A stretch of DNA of 17,231 bases from a bacterium (lineage in GTDB: Bacteria > Zhuqueibacterota > Zhuqueibacteria > Oceanimicrobiales > Oceanimicrobiaceae), in assembly GCA_046757025.1 (NCBI GenBank), contig JBHHXN010000115.1:1-17231 (forward strand), written 5' to 3'. Positions 1-8,365 of the stretch are shown here, piece by piece; the stretch's first letter is position 1; every line of letters begins with the position of its first letter. The notes beneath the pieces were generated by a model. That model was not told where the DNA came from. It searched no databases and saw only the letters and a program-made list of their open reading frames with translations. The translations under genes were made by a program, and so were the position numbers.

Positions 1-2
1 TG

Positions 3-260
3 CGATATTGCATCTTAACATACCTGGCTGCAAAAACCAAAGCAAAGTTCTACGCTACATTCGAAATCCTAAGAGACCAAAACCTAAAGCAGTGCTTCGG
101 AATCAAGTTGCTGCAATATTTTCTTAATCAGCTACGCTTTATCATTCAGAAAATTAAAGAACTTATCGAGCTTGACCTTAAAGAAGAAGCTCTCAAATTA
201 TTGCAATATGTTGAATGTACCGCCAGTGATTCTCTACAGTTTGAACCTCAAATGAAGTGA
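3..260 (+). CDS. 3' end of an ORF entering from the left edge (RYCILTYLAAKTKAKFYATFEILRDQ...FEPQMK*); hypothetical, possibly the C-terminus of an IS4-like DDE transposase
   Basis: Frame 3 is open from position 3 to TGA at 258-260 (85 codons) and is AT-rich. The transposase idea rests only on loose resemblance of the helical tail and of the sequence at the stop (GTGAGAAATGTTAG) to IS ends; no catalytic motif is visible. Confidence 0.45.
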   Translation, partial: RYCILTYLAAKTKAKFYATFEILRDQNLKQCFGIKLLQYFLNQLRFIIQKIKELIELDLKEEALKLLQYVECTASDSLQFEPQMK

Positions 261-361
261 GAAATGTTAGTATTCAATTAAAAAATCCATGAATTCCTTT
301 TAAACCAGCTAAATAAATTGCATCTGCACAACATGTATTGCAGAAAATGAATACAATGGAC

Positions 362-390
362 TTGACTTGACGATACGATTTTCTTAATAT
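362..390 (+). promoter_or_regulatory. putative sigma70 promoter for the PD40 lipoprotein gene
   Basis: TTGACT (362-367), 17-nt spacer, TAATAT (385-390), about 90 nt upstream of ATG 482. Confidence 0.45.
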
Positions 391-481
391 TCCTATACTG
401 ATTAAATTGTGCGGCAATATGTGCATTTCCCATGGTGTGCATCAATCAAAACGGTTCATGGCTTTAAATCGGAGGTCTGAA

Positions 482-1360
482 ATGAGGCAGTCGATTTTCA
501 TGATGTGGTTGCTAATCATATTAATCGGTTGTTCAAACAATCCCACGGATGTGGATACCCTCGATCTCCGCAAAAACAGCGTCATTGTCTATCAAAACTA
601 CCGAACCGGACAGCCTAAAATCATCCTTATGAATACGGAAGGAGAGGAGCTGCGGGATTTGTCACCCAAAGAGTGGGACTTCGATCCGAACTTGTCACCC
701 GATGGCGACCAAATTGCGTTTGTGGGATATCGGGATGGCCGGTTGCAAATCTTTCTGATGAGTCCCTGGGGGGCCATATTGGATCAGCTGACTAATTCCC
801 GATTCGTAAAAGAAAATCCAACCTGGTCGCCCGACGGCAATTATTTATTGTTCGATCAGTATGAAAGCGGCCACGGCGAAATTTACCGCATGGATAAAGA
901 CGGCTCCCACCTGGTTCGTCTGACCGATAATCCCGGAGTCGATGCCAATCCTTCGTGGTCGCCGGATGGGAAGCGCATTGCCTTCACGCGATTTCAGCAC
1001 AGCCGGTTGCAAATTTATCTCATGGATATACGTGGTTCAGAACTAAAAAATGTGTCCAATAGTGACCAGCACGAATACGATCCGGCCTGGTCGCCAGACG
1101 GCTCGCAAATTGCGTTTGTTATAAACAATCGAATACACCTTATGCATGCGGATGGGAGCAATAAAGTTCGGCTGACCACTGGCGAATTTTGGGAAGCGGA
1201 TCCCATTTGGTCGCCGGATGGCACAGAGGTCGCGTTTGCCAGCAAGCGAGAGGACGACAATGTGGATATCTACCGGATCAAAAAGAACGGTTCCGGTCTT
1301 ATCAAACTCACGTTTCATCCCGGAGAAGACCGGCGGCCTCACTGGGGTATTTTGCGCTGA
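482..1360 (+). CDS. PD40 (TolB-like) beta-propeller lipoprotein, 292 aa
   Basis: GGAGG at 471-475 before ATG 482 favours this start over 407. Signal peptide with lipobox LIG-C (MRQSIFMMWLLIILIGC). Repeats DFDPNLSPDG, KENPTWSPDG, DANPSWSPDG, EYDPAWSPDG, EADPIWSPDG and a final DRRPHW. No TolB N-terminal domain. Confidence 0.88.
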   Translation: MRQSIFMMWLLIILIGCSNNPTDVDTLDLRKNSVIVYQNYRTGQPKIILMNTEGEELRDLSPKEWDFDPNLSPDGDQIAFVGYRDGRLQIFLMSPWGAILDQLTNSRFVKENPTWSPDGNYLLFDQYESGHGEIYRMDKDGSHLVRLTDNPGVDANPSWSPDGKRIAFTRFQHSRLQIYLMDIRGSELKNVSNSDQHEYDPAWSPDGSQIAFVINNRIHLMHADGSNKVRLTTGEFWEADPIWSPDGTEVAFASKREDDNVDIYRIKKNGSGLIKLTFHPGEDRRPHWGILR

Positions 1361-1521
1361 CTGTTCGAAAGTACCTTTTTATGAAAAATAGTCCTTCTTT
1401 TCACTGGCCAACTGATGATTGTACGGGAAGATACTTTTTTGCGTTTTTTAAACGGTCGTGCCGCTTTCCAAGAAATTTTCTAAGTGTAACATCGTATTGA
1501 ATAAAAAGGAGGAAAGGAGTC

Positions 1522-2307
1522 ATGATGAAAAGATCTTTTGCACTTGTGATGATGTTGGTAGTGAGTGTTTTCGTATTTACATGTGATGACAACTCCACAG
1601 AACCGGAGGATCAACCGCTGGGCATCCGCGGCAAAATTACGGATCAAAATGGCAATGCCCTGGCCGATGTGGGGGTCCACTTGATGTTTCCGCTCAGCGG
1701 AAATGAGGCCTCCATTCAAACCCGCAGCCGCTCAAGATTCCTGTTTACCGCGCAGGTGGTGCCCATGCAATTTGCCCTGGAGCAAAATTTCCCCAATCCG
1801 TTTAATCCGCAAACGGTTATTCGTTTTCAGGTGCCAGAAGAAAGCCAGGTCACCCTTTCGATTTACGATATCAGCGGAAACTTGATCAAGAAATTCATCG
1901 ATGGCGTATTGGCTCCCGGTTTCCATGCGGTTCAGTGGGATGGCACCAACGACGCCGGCGAGTACGTGTCAAACGGCCTGTATTTTTATCGTATGCAAGC
2001 CGGCGAGTTCGAATGGGAAAGGACCATGCTGCTAGATATGATTGATCCGGAGCACATCAGGAGTCTCGACAGCGTACCTTTGGTTTCTTCGGATGAAGAC
2101 GGAAAATTTCTGCTTCCGTATTCTCAAATTCCATTTGGTTTAAGCACGATTATTACGGATGAAACCGGTCCCGAGCCCCTCGGCGTTTTGACCATATCCG
2201 AGGTTTCCCTGGTTTTTCTAAAAAATGCCTACCAGTCACATGTGAGAGCCGTGCCGATGGATACCACGCGATCCATTACTATGGATTTTACCCTGCAGGC
2301 AAATTAG
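1522..2307 (+). CDS. putative lipoprotein with a carboxypeptidase-regulatory-like beta-sandwich and an internal FlgD-Ig/T9SS-CTD-like domain, 261 aa
   Basis: Strong SD (AAGGAGGAAAGGAG) before ATG. Hydrophobic leader ending VFT-C-DDNSTEP. IRGKITDQNGNALADVGV and SSDEDGKF...FLKNAYQS...MDFTL flank FALEQNFPNPFNPQTVIRF...WDGTNDAGEYVSNGLYFYRMQAG (1771-2034). Confidence 0.8.
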   Translation: MMKRSFALVMMLVVSVFVFTCDDNSTEPEDQPLGIRGKITDQNGNALADVGVHLMFPLSGNEASIQTRSRSRFLFTAQVVPMQFALEQNFPNPFNPQTVIRFQVPEESQVTLSIYDISGNLIKKFIDGVLAPGFHAVQWDGTNDAGEYVSNGLYFYRMQAGEFEWERTMLLDMIDPEHIRSLDSVPLVSSDEDGKFLLPYSQIPFGLSTIITDETGPEPLGVLTISEVSLVFLKNAYQSHVRAVPMDTTRSITMDFTLQAN

Positions 2308-2317
2308 ATAGCCGGTG

Positions 2318-2407
2318 CCGTTCCTTCAATCCCACAGCGTGTATCCCAATTCACCTGTCAGACACAGTTAACTATTTGAAAGAAGAGGCTGTAGATTGAA
2401 GGAACGG
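2318..2407. repeat. intergenic inverted repeat with 14-bp perfect arms (long hairpin)
   Basis: CCGTTCCTTCAATC (2318-2331) is the exact reverse complement of GATTGAAGGAACGG (2394-2407). Pairing extends inward via ACAGC/GCTGT. Confidence 0.75.
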
Positions 2408-2438
2408 TTATATTCTCATGCTCGGTTTGTGAAATTGA

Positions 2439-2454
2439 ATGCGGGCGCCCGCAT
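2439..2454. repeat. 16-bp perfect palindrome ATGCGGGCGCCCGCAT
   Basis: Self-reverse-complementary GC-rich 16-mer in an AT-rich intergenic region upstream of uvrA. Confidence 0.7.
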
Positions 2455-2583
2455 AAACCTATATTAAAAGAATAAATTCTGCGGTGTGGCAACTTGCTAA
2501 TATGGTTCATCCATTTGCAATTAGGCATCTTCCATATTCGCCTTCTCCCGGGCCGAAAAATCGTTTCGAGTCCATCAATTTGA

Positions 2584-2612
2584 TTGTCGATTAAATTAAA
2601 AATTTGTATATT
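2584..2612 (+). promoter_or_regulatory. putative sigma70 promoter of uvrA, with the expected +1 at or near the ATG
   Basis: TTGTCG (2584-2589), 17-nt spacer, TATATT (2607-2612), then 6 nt to ATG 2619. No SD sequence present. Confidence 0.5.
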
Positions 2613-2618
2613 CCCACC

Positions 2619-5384
2619 ATGCATAACACCATCCAACTGCGCGGGGTGCGCGTTCACAACCTCAAAAACCTCGATGTGGATCTGCCGCGAAATAAACTCA
2701 TCGTTATTACTGGGGTGTCGGGATCGGGAAAATCAAGCCTGGCCTTCGACACCTTGTATGCTGAGGGCCAGCGGCGCTATGTGGAGTCGCTGTCTGCTTA
2801 TGCCCGCCAGTTTTTGGAGCGCATGGATCGGCCGGATGTGGATGAAGTGCGCGGAATTTCACCGGCCGTGGCCATCGAGCAAAAAAATCCCACGAAATCC
2901 TCGCGTTCCACCGTAGCCACGGCCACGGAAATCCATGACTATCTGCGGCTGCTGTTTGCCCGCATCGGCAAAACCTATTGTCCCGAATGCGGCGATCTCA
3001 TCAAAAAAGACCGGGTTTCGGATGTGGTGGATCGCATTTCCAACTTGTCAGAAGACGCCAAAATACAGATCACCTTCCCCCTTGCGAGTAATTCAAAAAA
3101 AGAAATCAAGTTAGAGCTGCAGGAGCTGAAAAGCCGGGGTTTTTATCGTTTTGTTTTCGGCGAGGAGCTGCGCAATTATGAGGCGATCAAACCGTCTGAT
3201 TTAAACGGTTCCCCGAAAATACGGGTTCTGGTGGATCGTTTAAAATTAAAAACCACCGACAAAAAGCGCTTGGCCGATTCGCTGGAGCTGGCGTTTCGGG
3301 AGGGGCATGGCCGAGTCGAGGTTCTGGTAGAGAATCAACCTGCGATGCGATTTTCACAGGCGTTTGAATGTTCCCGTTGCCAAAAAGATTTTATCGAGCC
3401 CCAGCCGCGCCTGTTTTCGTTCAACAATCCTTTCGGGGCCTGTCCCACTTGCCGCGGTTTTGGCGAAGCCATCGAGCTGGATTTGAATTTGGTGATTCCG
3501 GACGATTCGAAATCGCTGGAGCAGGGCGCCGTGGCTCCGTGGAATACGCCTTCGCACAGCAATATGATCGCGCGCATGCGGGAGTTTGCGCAGGTACACG
3601 GCATCGACTTGAATCAACCCTGGCGTGAACTGCCGGAAGAACATCGGCGTCTCATTATCGAAGGCGGTCGACCCTTTCCAGGCATCCGGGGGTTTTTTCA
3701 GCGGTTGGAGCGAAAAAAGTACAAAATCGGCGTGCGGGTATTTTTGAGCCGCTATCGTGGGTTTATTTCCTGTCCCGATTGCCACAAAACGCGTTTGCGA
3801 CTGGAGGCCTTGTTCGTTCAAATCGCTGGTAAAAATATCGGCGAAGTCAGCCGTTTGTCCATCGCGGAAGCGTGTACTTTTTTTCGGGAACTGTCCCTCA
3901 CCAAATACGAGGAAGAAATCGCCCGGCAAATTTTGCAGGAATTGCGTGCGAGATTGAATTATCTGGCGGAGGTGGGATTGGGCTATTTGACCCTGGACCG
4001 CCGCACACAAACCCTTTCCGGCGGCGAATATCAGCGCATCAACCTGGCCACCGCCGTGGGATTCAAGCTGACCGGTTCGCTCTATGTTCTGGATGAACCT
4101 TCCATCGGGCTGCACCCGCGGGATAACGAACGCTTGATCAAAATTCTATTGGAACTGAAAAAACTGGGCAACACCGTGGTGGTGGTGGAGCACGATCGCG
4201 ACATGATGCAGGTTAGCGATCAGCTCATCGATTTAGGCCCCCGAGCCGGCGAAAACGGCGGTGAGCTGGTTTATCAGGGCACGTATCGATCTCTACTTAA
4301 AAATGGCGTTCATACTTTGACAGCGGACTATCTAAAAAACCAGCGAAAAATTTCTGTACCAAAAACCAGGAGATCTGGAAATGGTCATCGCCTGAAAATC
4401 GTCAATGCGCACGAAAACAATTTGAAACATCTCGATGTGGAAATTCCGCTTGGAATGTTGACGGTGGTGACGGGCGTATCGGGCTCGGGAAAAAGCACGC
4501 TGGTGCACGAAGTGCTGTACACCGGCGCGGGCAAGCGTTTTGGCGTGTGGAAAAAGCGGGTTGGCAAGCATGGCTGCATCGCCGGGCTGGAGCACCTCGA
4601 CGGCATTGTGCTGGTGGATCAATCACCCATCGGACGCACACCCCGCTCCAATCCGGTTACGTACACGAAGTCGTTTGACGGCATTCGGGAATTGTTTGCG
4701 CAAAATCGTCGGGCAAAGGCTCTGGGATTTAAAGCCGGTACCTTTTCATTTAACGCCGGCACCGGCCGCTGCCCGCGCTGCGAAGGCGCCGGCGTAGAAA
4801 AAATCGAGATGCAGTTTTTAGCCGATTTGCTTTTGCCCTGTGAAATTTGCGGCGGCAAGCGCTTCAAAAAATCGGTGTTAGAAATCCAGCACAAAGGGAA
4901 AAATATTCACGAGGTGTTGAATCTGACCGTTACCGAAGCGCTGATTTTTTTTAAGGAGGTACCTAAAGTCGTGAAGAAGCTGCAAATACTCGACCAGGTG
5001 GGTCTGGGTTATCTCAGATTGGGGCAGCCGGCTCCGACTTTGTCTGGCGGCGAGGCACAGCGTTTGAAGTTAGCCGCCCATTTAGCGCAAAAACCGGGCA
5101 AGCATCTGCTCTATTTATTTGACGAACCCACCACCGGGCTGCACTTTCACGACATCGCCAAACTGCTGAACTGCTTTCAAAAACTCATCGACGCCGGCAA
5201 CTCGGTGCTGGTGATCGAACACAATATGGAAGTCATAAAATGCGCCGATTACGTCATCGACCTGGGGCCGGAGGGCGGCGACGCCGGCGGTTACTGTGTG
5301 GCTGCCGGCACGCCGGAAGAAATCAGTCAATGCCAGGATTCCTTTACGGCGAAATACCTGAAATCCTATCTCAGTAAAGCATGA
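2619..5384 (+). CDS. uvrA: excinuclease ABC subunit A (UvrA), about 921 aa
   Basis: GVRVHNLKN, two Walker A motifs ([18 protein letters not shown]), [27 protein letters not shown], two LSGGE signatures, LDEPSIGLH and [23 protein letters not shown], six CxxC zinc-ligand pairs. ATG 2619 chosen over TTG 2604. Confidence 0.97.
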   Translation: MHNTIQLRGVRVHNLKNLDVDLPRNKLIVITGVSGSGKSSLAFDTLYAEGQRRYVESLSAYARQFLERMDRPDVDEVRGISPAVAIEQKNPTKSSRSTVATATEIHDYLRLLFARIGKTYCPECGDLIKKDRVSDVVDRISNLSEDAKIQITFPLASNSKKEIKLELQELKSRGFYRFVFGEELRNYEAIKPSDLNGSPKIRVLVDRLKLKTTDKKRLADSLELAFREGHGRVEVLVENQPAMRFSQAFECSRCQKDFIEPQPRLFSFNNPFGACPTCRGFGEAIELDLNLVIPDDSKSLEQGAVAPWNTPSHSNMIARMREFAQVHGIDLNQPWRELPEEHRRLIIEGGRPFPGIRGFFQRLERKKYKIGVRVFLSRYRGFISCPDCHKTRLRLEALFVQIAGKNIGEVSRLSIAEACTFFRELSLTKYEEEIARQILQELRARLNYLAEVGLGYLTLDRRTQTLSGGEYQRINLATAVGFKLTGSLYVLDEPSIGLHPRDNERLIKILLELKKLGNTVVVVEHDRDMMQVSDQLIDLGPRAGENGGELVYQGTYRSLLKNGVHTLTADYLKNQRKISVPKTRRSGNGHRLKIVNAHENNLKHLDVEIPLGMLTVVTGVSGSGKSTLVHEVLYTGAGKRFGVWKKRVGKHGCIAGLEHLDGIVLVDQSPIGRTPRSNPVTYTKSFDGIRELFAQNRRAKALGFKAGTFSFNAGTGRCPRCEGAGVEKIEMQFLADLLLPCEICGGKRFKKSVLEIQHKGKNIHEVLNLTVTEALIFFKEVPKVVKKLQILDQVGLGYLRLGQPAPTLSGGEAQRLKLAAHLAQKPGKHLLYLFDEPTTGLHFHDIAKLLNCFQKLIDAGNSVLVIEHNMEVIKCADYVIDLGPEGGDAGGYCVAAGTPEEISQCQDSFTAKYLKSYLSKA

Positions 5385-5911
5385 GCGCGATTCTGATCAC
5401 CGGCAGACCGGGTGTCGGGAAAACCACATTTATCCAGAATGTTTTGAAAGGGGTAGATGTCATAGCCGGTGGATTTTATACGCGAGAAATCAGGACGCCG
5501 CAGGGGAGAACGGGATTTCAAATTGTGACTCTGTCGGGGAAAACCGGCGAGCTGGCCAGCCTTTACAAAAAAAGTTCCTGGCGAGTAGGAAAGTATTTTG
5601 TCAATTTAGCCGATTTAGAAAATATCGCGGTGCGGGAAATGGAGTCGGCTTTTTTGCGAGCGGATTTGGTTGTGATTGACGAGATCGGAAAGATGGAGCT
5701 GTTTTCCGAGAAATTTCGACGAGGGTTGTTAAAGATTTTGGATTCTCAAAAATTGCTGTTGGCCACAGTCATGCTGCACAGCAGTCCGTTTACAGACAGG
5801 ATAAAAAATCGTTCAGATGTTCAATTATTTGAAATAAATGTACGAAATAGAGAATTGATAACAACGAAAATCATCGAGATAATCAATAACCAAATTATTC
5901 GAGTCAAATGA
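5381..5911 (+). CDS. THEP1/NTPase_1-family nucleoside triphosphatase, 176 aa
   Basis: ILITGRPGVGKTT (Walker A), GGFYTREIR, GRTGF, VGKY, VVIDEIGKMEL (family Walker B). ATGA overlap with the uvrA stop. Confidence 0.92.
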   Translation: MSAILITGRPGVGKTTFIQNVLKGVDVIAGGFYTREIRTPQGRTGFQIVTLSGKTGELASLYKKSSWRVGKYFVNLADLENIAVREMESAFLRADLVVIDEIGKMELFSEKFRRGLLKILDSQKLLLATVMLHSSPFTDRIKNRSDVQLFEINVRNRELITTKIIEIINNQIIRVK

Positions 5912-7137
5912 AAAAACTCATTCCACCGGCGTTTTGGTATTTATTAGTTTTAATGATGTTATTGTCTTTGTTGTTGAAGTCCAGATCCTACGAATTCACG
6001 GCGGAGCTGGCCATGGAATCCGACGCCATGGCGGTTGTGAATTATTATTATCCCAAACGCATCGATTTAAAATCCACTCCGGAGGAAGCCAATTTAATTC
6101 TACCCGAAATGCGATGCGCTCAGCCATTGTACGGCAGTTTGATTTTAGGTAACAGCGCAGATTCGCTGATTTCGGTAGTGCTGGATGAATCCGTTGACGA
6201 TCAGTTCAGTTTTTTGTATGTGGATAAAAATAACAACGAAGACCTCACCGACGACGACAACCCGCAATGGGATGAGGAAGAAAACGGCTACTGGTTCAAG
6301 GAGGAGCTGGTGGACGTGTATTACCGCGACGACCGCCAGAAAGCGCCCGTGCCCTACACCATCAAATTTTATCGTCACCCAAAACGCATGCCGAAGGTAC
6401 TGGTGGCTTTTCGCAACGGATATCGGGAAGGGGCCATCACCTTGAAGGACACGACTTACAAGGTAGCCCTTTTTGACGACGACCTCGACGGGCTGTTTCA
6501 GCTTTCTGGCAAAGGCGCCATCATCATCGATATCAACCGCGATGGCGTGTTGAACGGTCGTACCGATTCACCTGAATATTTCACGTTTGACGATCTGTTC
6601 AACATCCGCGGTGAAACCTACCGTATTAAACGAATTTCACCGGCCGGGGATGTGCTCACCCTCACCACTGCGGATTCTGCAGTGGCTCCCAAGCGTATTC
6701 TGACAGCCGGGCAAAACGCGCCTGATATTCGAACCACTTCTTTGCAGGGCACGTTTATCGATTTAAACGCTTTTAAAAATAAAGTGGTGTTGATCGATTT
6801 CTGGGCCACCTGGTGCAAACCATGGCAAAACGAGCTGGGAATTCTGAAGCGAAGCTACCAGCGCTATCACCCGAGGGGATTTGAAATTATCGGTGTGAGT
6901 CTGGACTACGATCTGGACACGCTGCGGGAATTTCTCCAATCCAATGACATCCGGTGGGGGCAGGTTGCCACGGGCGAAGGCTGGCGTATGGATCTGGTGA
7001 GAATATTCAACGTGCAGGCCGTACCAAAAAACTTTTTGCTGGATCGCAACGGCGTCATCCGCTTCAAGGATGTTCATGGTAACCATTTGGGCGCGCGAAT
7101 TTTTGAGCTGCTGAATGAACCCGAAGTAGTAAATTAG
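5908..7137 (+). CDS. exported or membrane-anchored TlpA/ResA-like redoxin with a long N-terminal domain; active site is CxxW
   Basis: N-terminal hydrophobic segment. C-terminal GQNAPD...KNKVVLIDFWATWCKPW...GFEIIGVSLD...AVPKNFLLDRNGVIR thioredoxin fold. N-domain has DKNNNEDLTDD, DDDLDG and DINRDG loops. ATGA overlap with the NTPase stop. Confidence 0.85.
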   Translation: MKKLIPPAFWYLLVLMMLLSLLLKSRSYEFTAELAMESDAMAVVNYYYPKRIDLKSTPEEANLILPEMRCAQPLYGSLILGNSADSLISVVLDESVDDQFSFLYVDKNNNEDLTDDDNPQWDEEENGYWFKEELVDVYYRDDRQKAPVPYTIKFYRHPKRMPKVLVAFRNGYREGAITLKDTTYKVALFDDDLDGLFQLSGKGAIIIDINRDGVLNGRTDSPEYFTFDDLFNIRGETYRIKRISPAGDVLTLTTADSAVAPKRILTAGQNAPDIRTTSLQGTFIDLNAFKNKVVLIDFWATWCKPWQNELGILKRSYQRYHPRGFEIIGVSLDYDLDTLREFLQSNDIRWGQVATGEGWRMDLVRIFNVQAVPKNFLLDRNGVIRFKDVHGNHLGARIFELLNEPEVVN

Positions 7138-7217
7138 CGCTCGCCTCTGACTCTTTTTTTACTCTCGGATTTGTGCCTGAAGCAAAGGGCAAACCGAGTT
7201 GGATCAGGCTTGAATTT

Positions 7218-7246
7218 AAGGTCTCCCCAAAAATGGGGGGGACCTT
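7218..7246. repeat. GC-rich hairpin (REP-like element or possible terminator)
   Basis: AAGGTCTCCCCA-AAAA-TGGGGGGGACCTT pairs with one G-U and one bulge. The T-rich sequence after it is interrupted. Confidence 0.5.
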
Positions 7247-7347
7247 CAGTTGTTCTGCTTTTGTTGTTGCACAAGTCTCCTCAAGTCCGTATATTCTGGT
7301 CCAAATTTTATTCTGCGTAAGCTTGATGGGGTACAAATAACGGTAAT

Positions 7348-8307
7348 ATGTTTCAATACGATAAAGGCATCAAAATAAAAGGCGCCGACCTGTGGCTGGA
7401 TGCGGTGAAAAGCGTGCACCGCTGCTGTGTGACCCACGGTCATCTGGACCACGCCAAAAAGCACGGTGAAATCATCGCCACCGAGAAAACGATTCGAATA
7501 TTGGATCACCGCATGGGCAAAAGGCACGCAATCAGTCTCGATTTTAACACCGCGTTTGAAATTGACGGGTGTGAGCTGACGCTTTTTCCGGCAGGGCACA
7601 TTCTGGGCTCGGCGCAGGTTCTGGTGCAGAGAGACGGTATGCGGGTGCTCTACTCCGGCGATTTTAATCTGGAAAAAAGCGCCACGGCCGAAGAAATTGA
7701 AATTCCCGAGGCGGACATTTTGATCATGGAATGCACTTTTGGCAAGCCGTTTTATCAATTCCCCGCGCGCACGAAGGTGGAAGAGCAGCTGTTGTCGTTT
7801 GTGCAGGATACGTTGCAGCAAAAACGGACGCCGGTGGTCATTGGTTACGTACTGGGAAAAGCCCAGGAGGCCATGAAAATTCTGGGCGATGGCGGATTTG
7901 AAATGGCGGTGCACGGGTCGGTGGCGCAGCTTGCGACCATTTATGAGGAATTTGGCGTGCGATTCGGACACTGGCAGAAATTCCAGAAAAGCGAGTTGGA
8001 AGGAAAAGTCATCATCGCGCCGCCACAGGCGCTCAAAACCCGAACGCTTAAAAACTTGCCGGGCGTGACCACGGTTTTCCTCTCCGGCTGGGCCTTGCAT
8101 TCGGGTATGAAATTTCGGCGGGGATTTGATGAAGCGCTGCCGTTGAGCGACCACGCCGATTTCGATGGTTTGATCGAATACGTTCGAAAAGTCAAACCCA
8201 CCAAAATCTACACTACGCACGGATTCGATGAGTTCCCGAATCATTTGCGGGAGCTGGGATTTGACGCTGAGCTGCTGAAATCGTCGTCGCAACTTTCGTT
8301 GTTTTAA
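7348..8307 (+). CDS. metallo-beta-lactamase-fold beta-CASP nuclease (related to ligase-associated DNA-damage exonucleases and SNM1-type nucleases), 319 aa
   Basis: THGHLDH (HxHxDH), AGHILGS, YSGD, MECTFG, YVLGKAQE, LSGW, LSDHAD and THG motifs. C-terminus ends SQLSLF. Confidence 0.9.
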   Translation: MFQYDKGIKIKGADLWLDAVKSVHRCCVTHGHLDHAKKHGEIIATEKTIRILDHRMGKRHAISLDFNTAFEIDGCELTLFPAGHILGSAQVLVQRDGMRVLYSGDFNLEKSATAEEIEIPEADILIMECTFGKPFYQFPARTKVEEQLLSFVQDTLQQKRTPVVIGYVLGKAQEAMKILGDGGFEMAVHGSVAQLATIYEEFGVRFGHWQKFQKSELEGKVIIAPPQALKTRTLKNLPGVTTVFLSGWALHSGMKFRRGFDEALPLSDHADFDGLIEYVRKVKPTKIYTTHGFDEFPNHLRELGFDAELLKSSSQLSLF

Positions 8308-8365
8308 TTTTTACAGGCTTCTTGATTGCCAGACACTTACTTTTTTGTTTACCTCTCCCTACCGC

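Noticed and set aside
482..1360. Calling this gene tolB
   Set aside because: It has no TolB N-terminal domain, carries a lipobox, and has no tolQRA/pal neighbours.
2487..2499. sigma54 promoter suggested by TGGCAAC...TTGC
   Set aside because: The GG-to-GC spacing is too short for a -24/-12 promoter.
2308..2618. Canonical SOS box upstream of uvrA
   Set aside because: No CTGT-N8-ACAG or GAAC-N4-GTTC found; CTGT-N5-ACAG at about 2356 and CGAAA-N5-TTTCG at 2554-2568 have the wrong spacing or sequence.
2358..2657. 99-aa minus-strand ORF in the uvrA upstream region
   Set aside because: It overlaps the uvrA start and promoter, has no motif, and does not look protein-like.
3354..4115. 253-aa minus-strand ORF and other short ORFs inside uvrA, dinG and the kinase
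   Set aside because: They are antisense or alternative-frame shadows of well-supported genes.
7181..7250. c-di-GMP-I riboswitch suggested by GGGCAAACC
   Set aside because: There is no GNRA-capped P2 stem and no downstream GACGCAAAG core.
7246..8292. 348-aa minus-strand ORF
   Set aside because: It lies almost entirely antisense to the motif-complete beta-CASP gene and has no recognisable motifs; treated as a shadow ORF.
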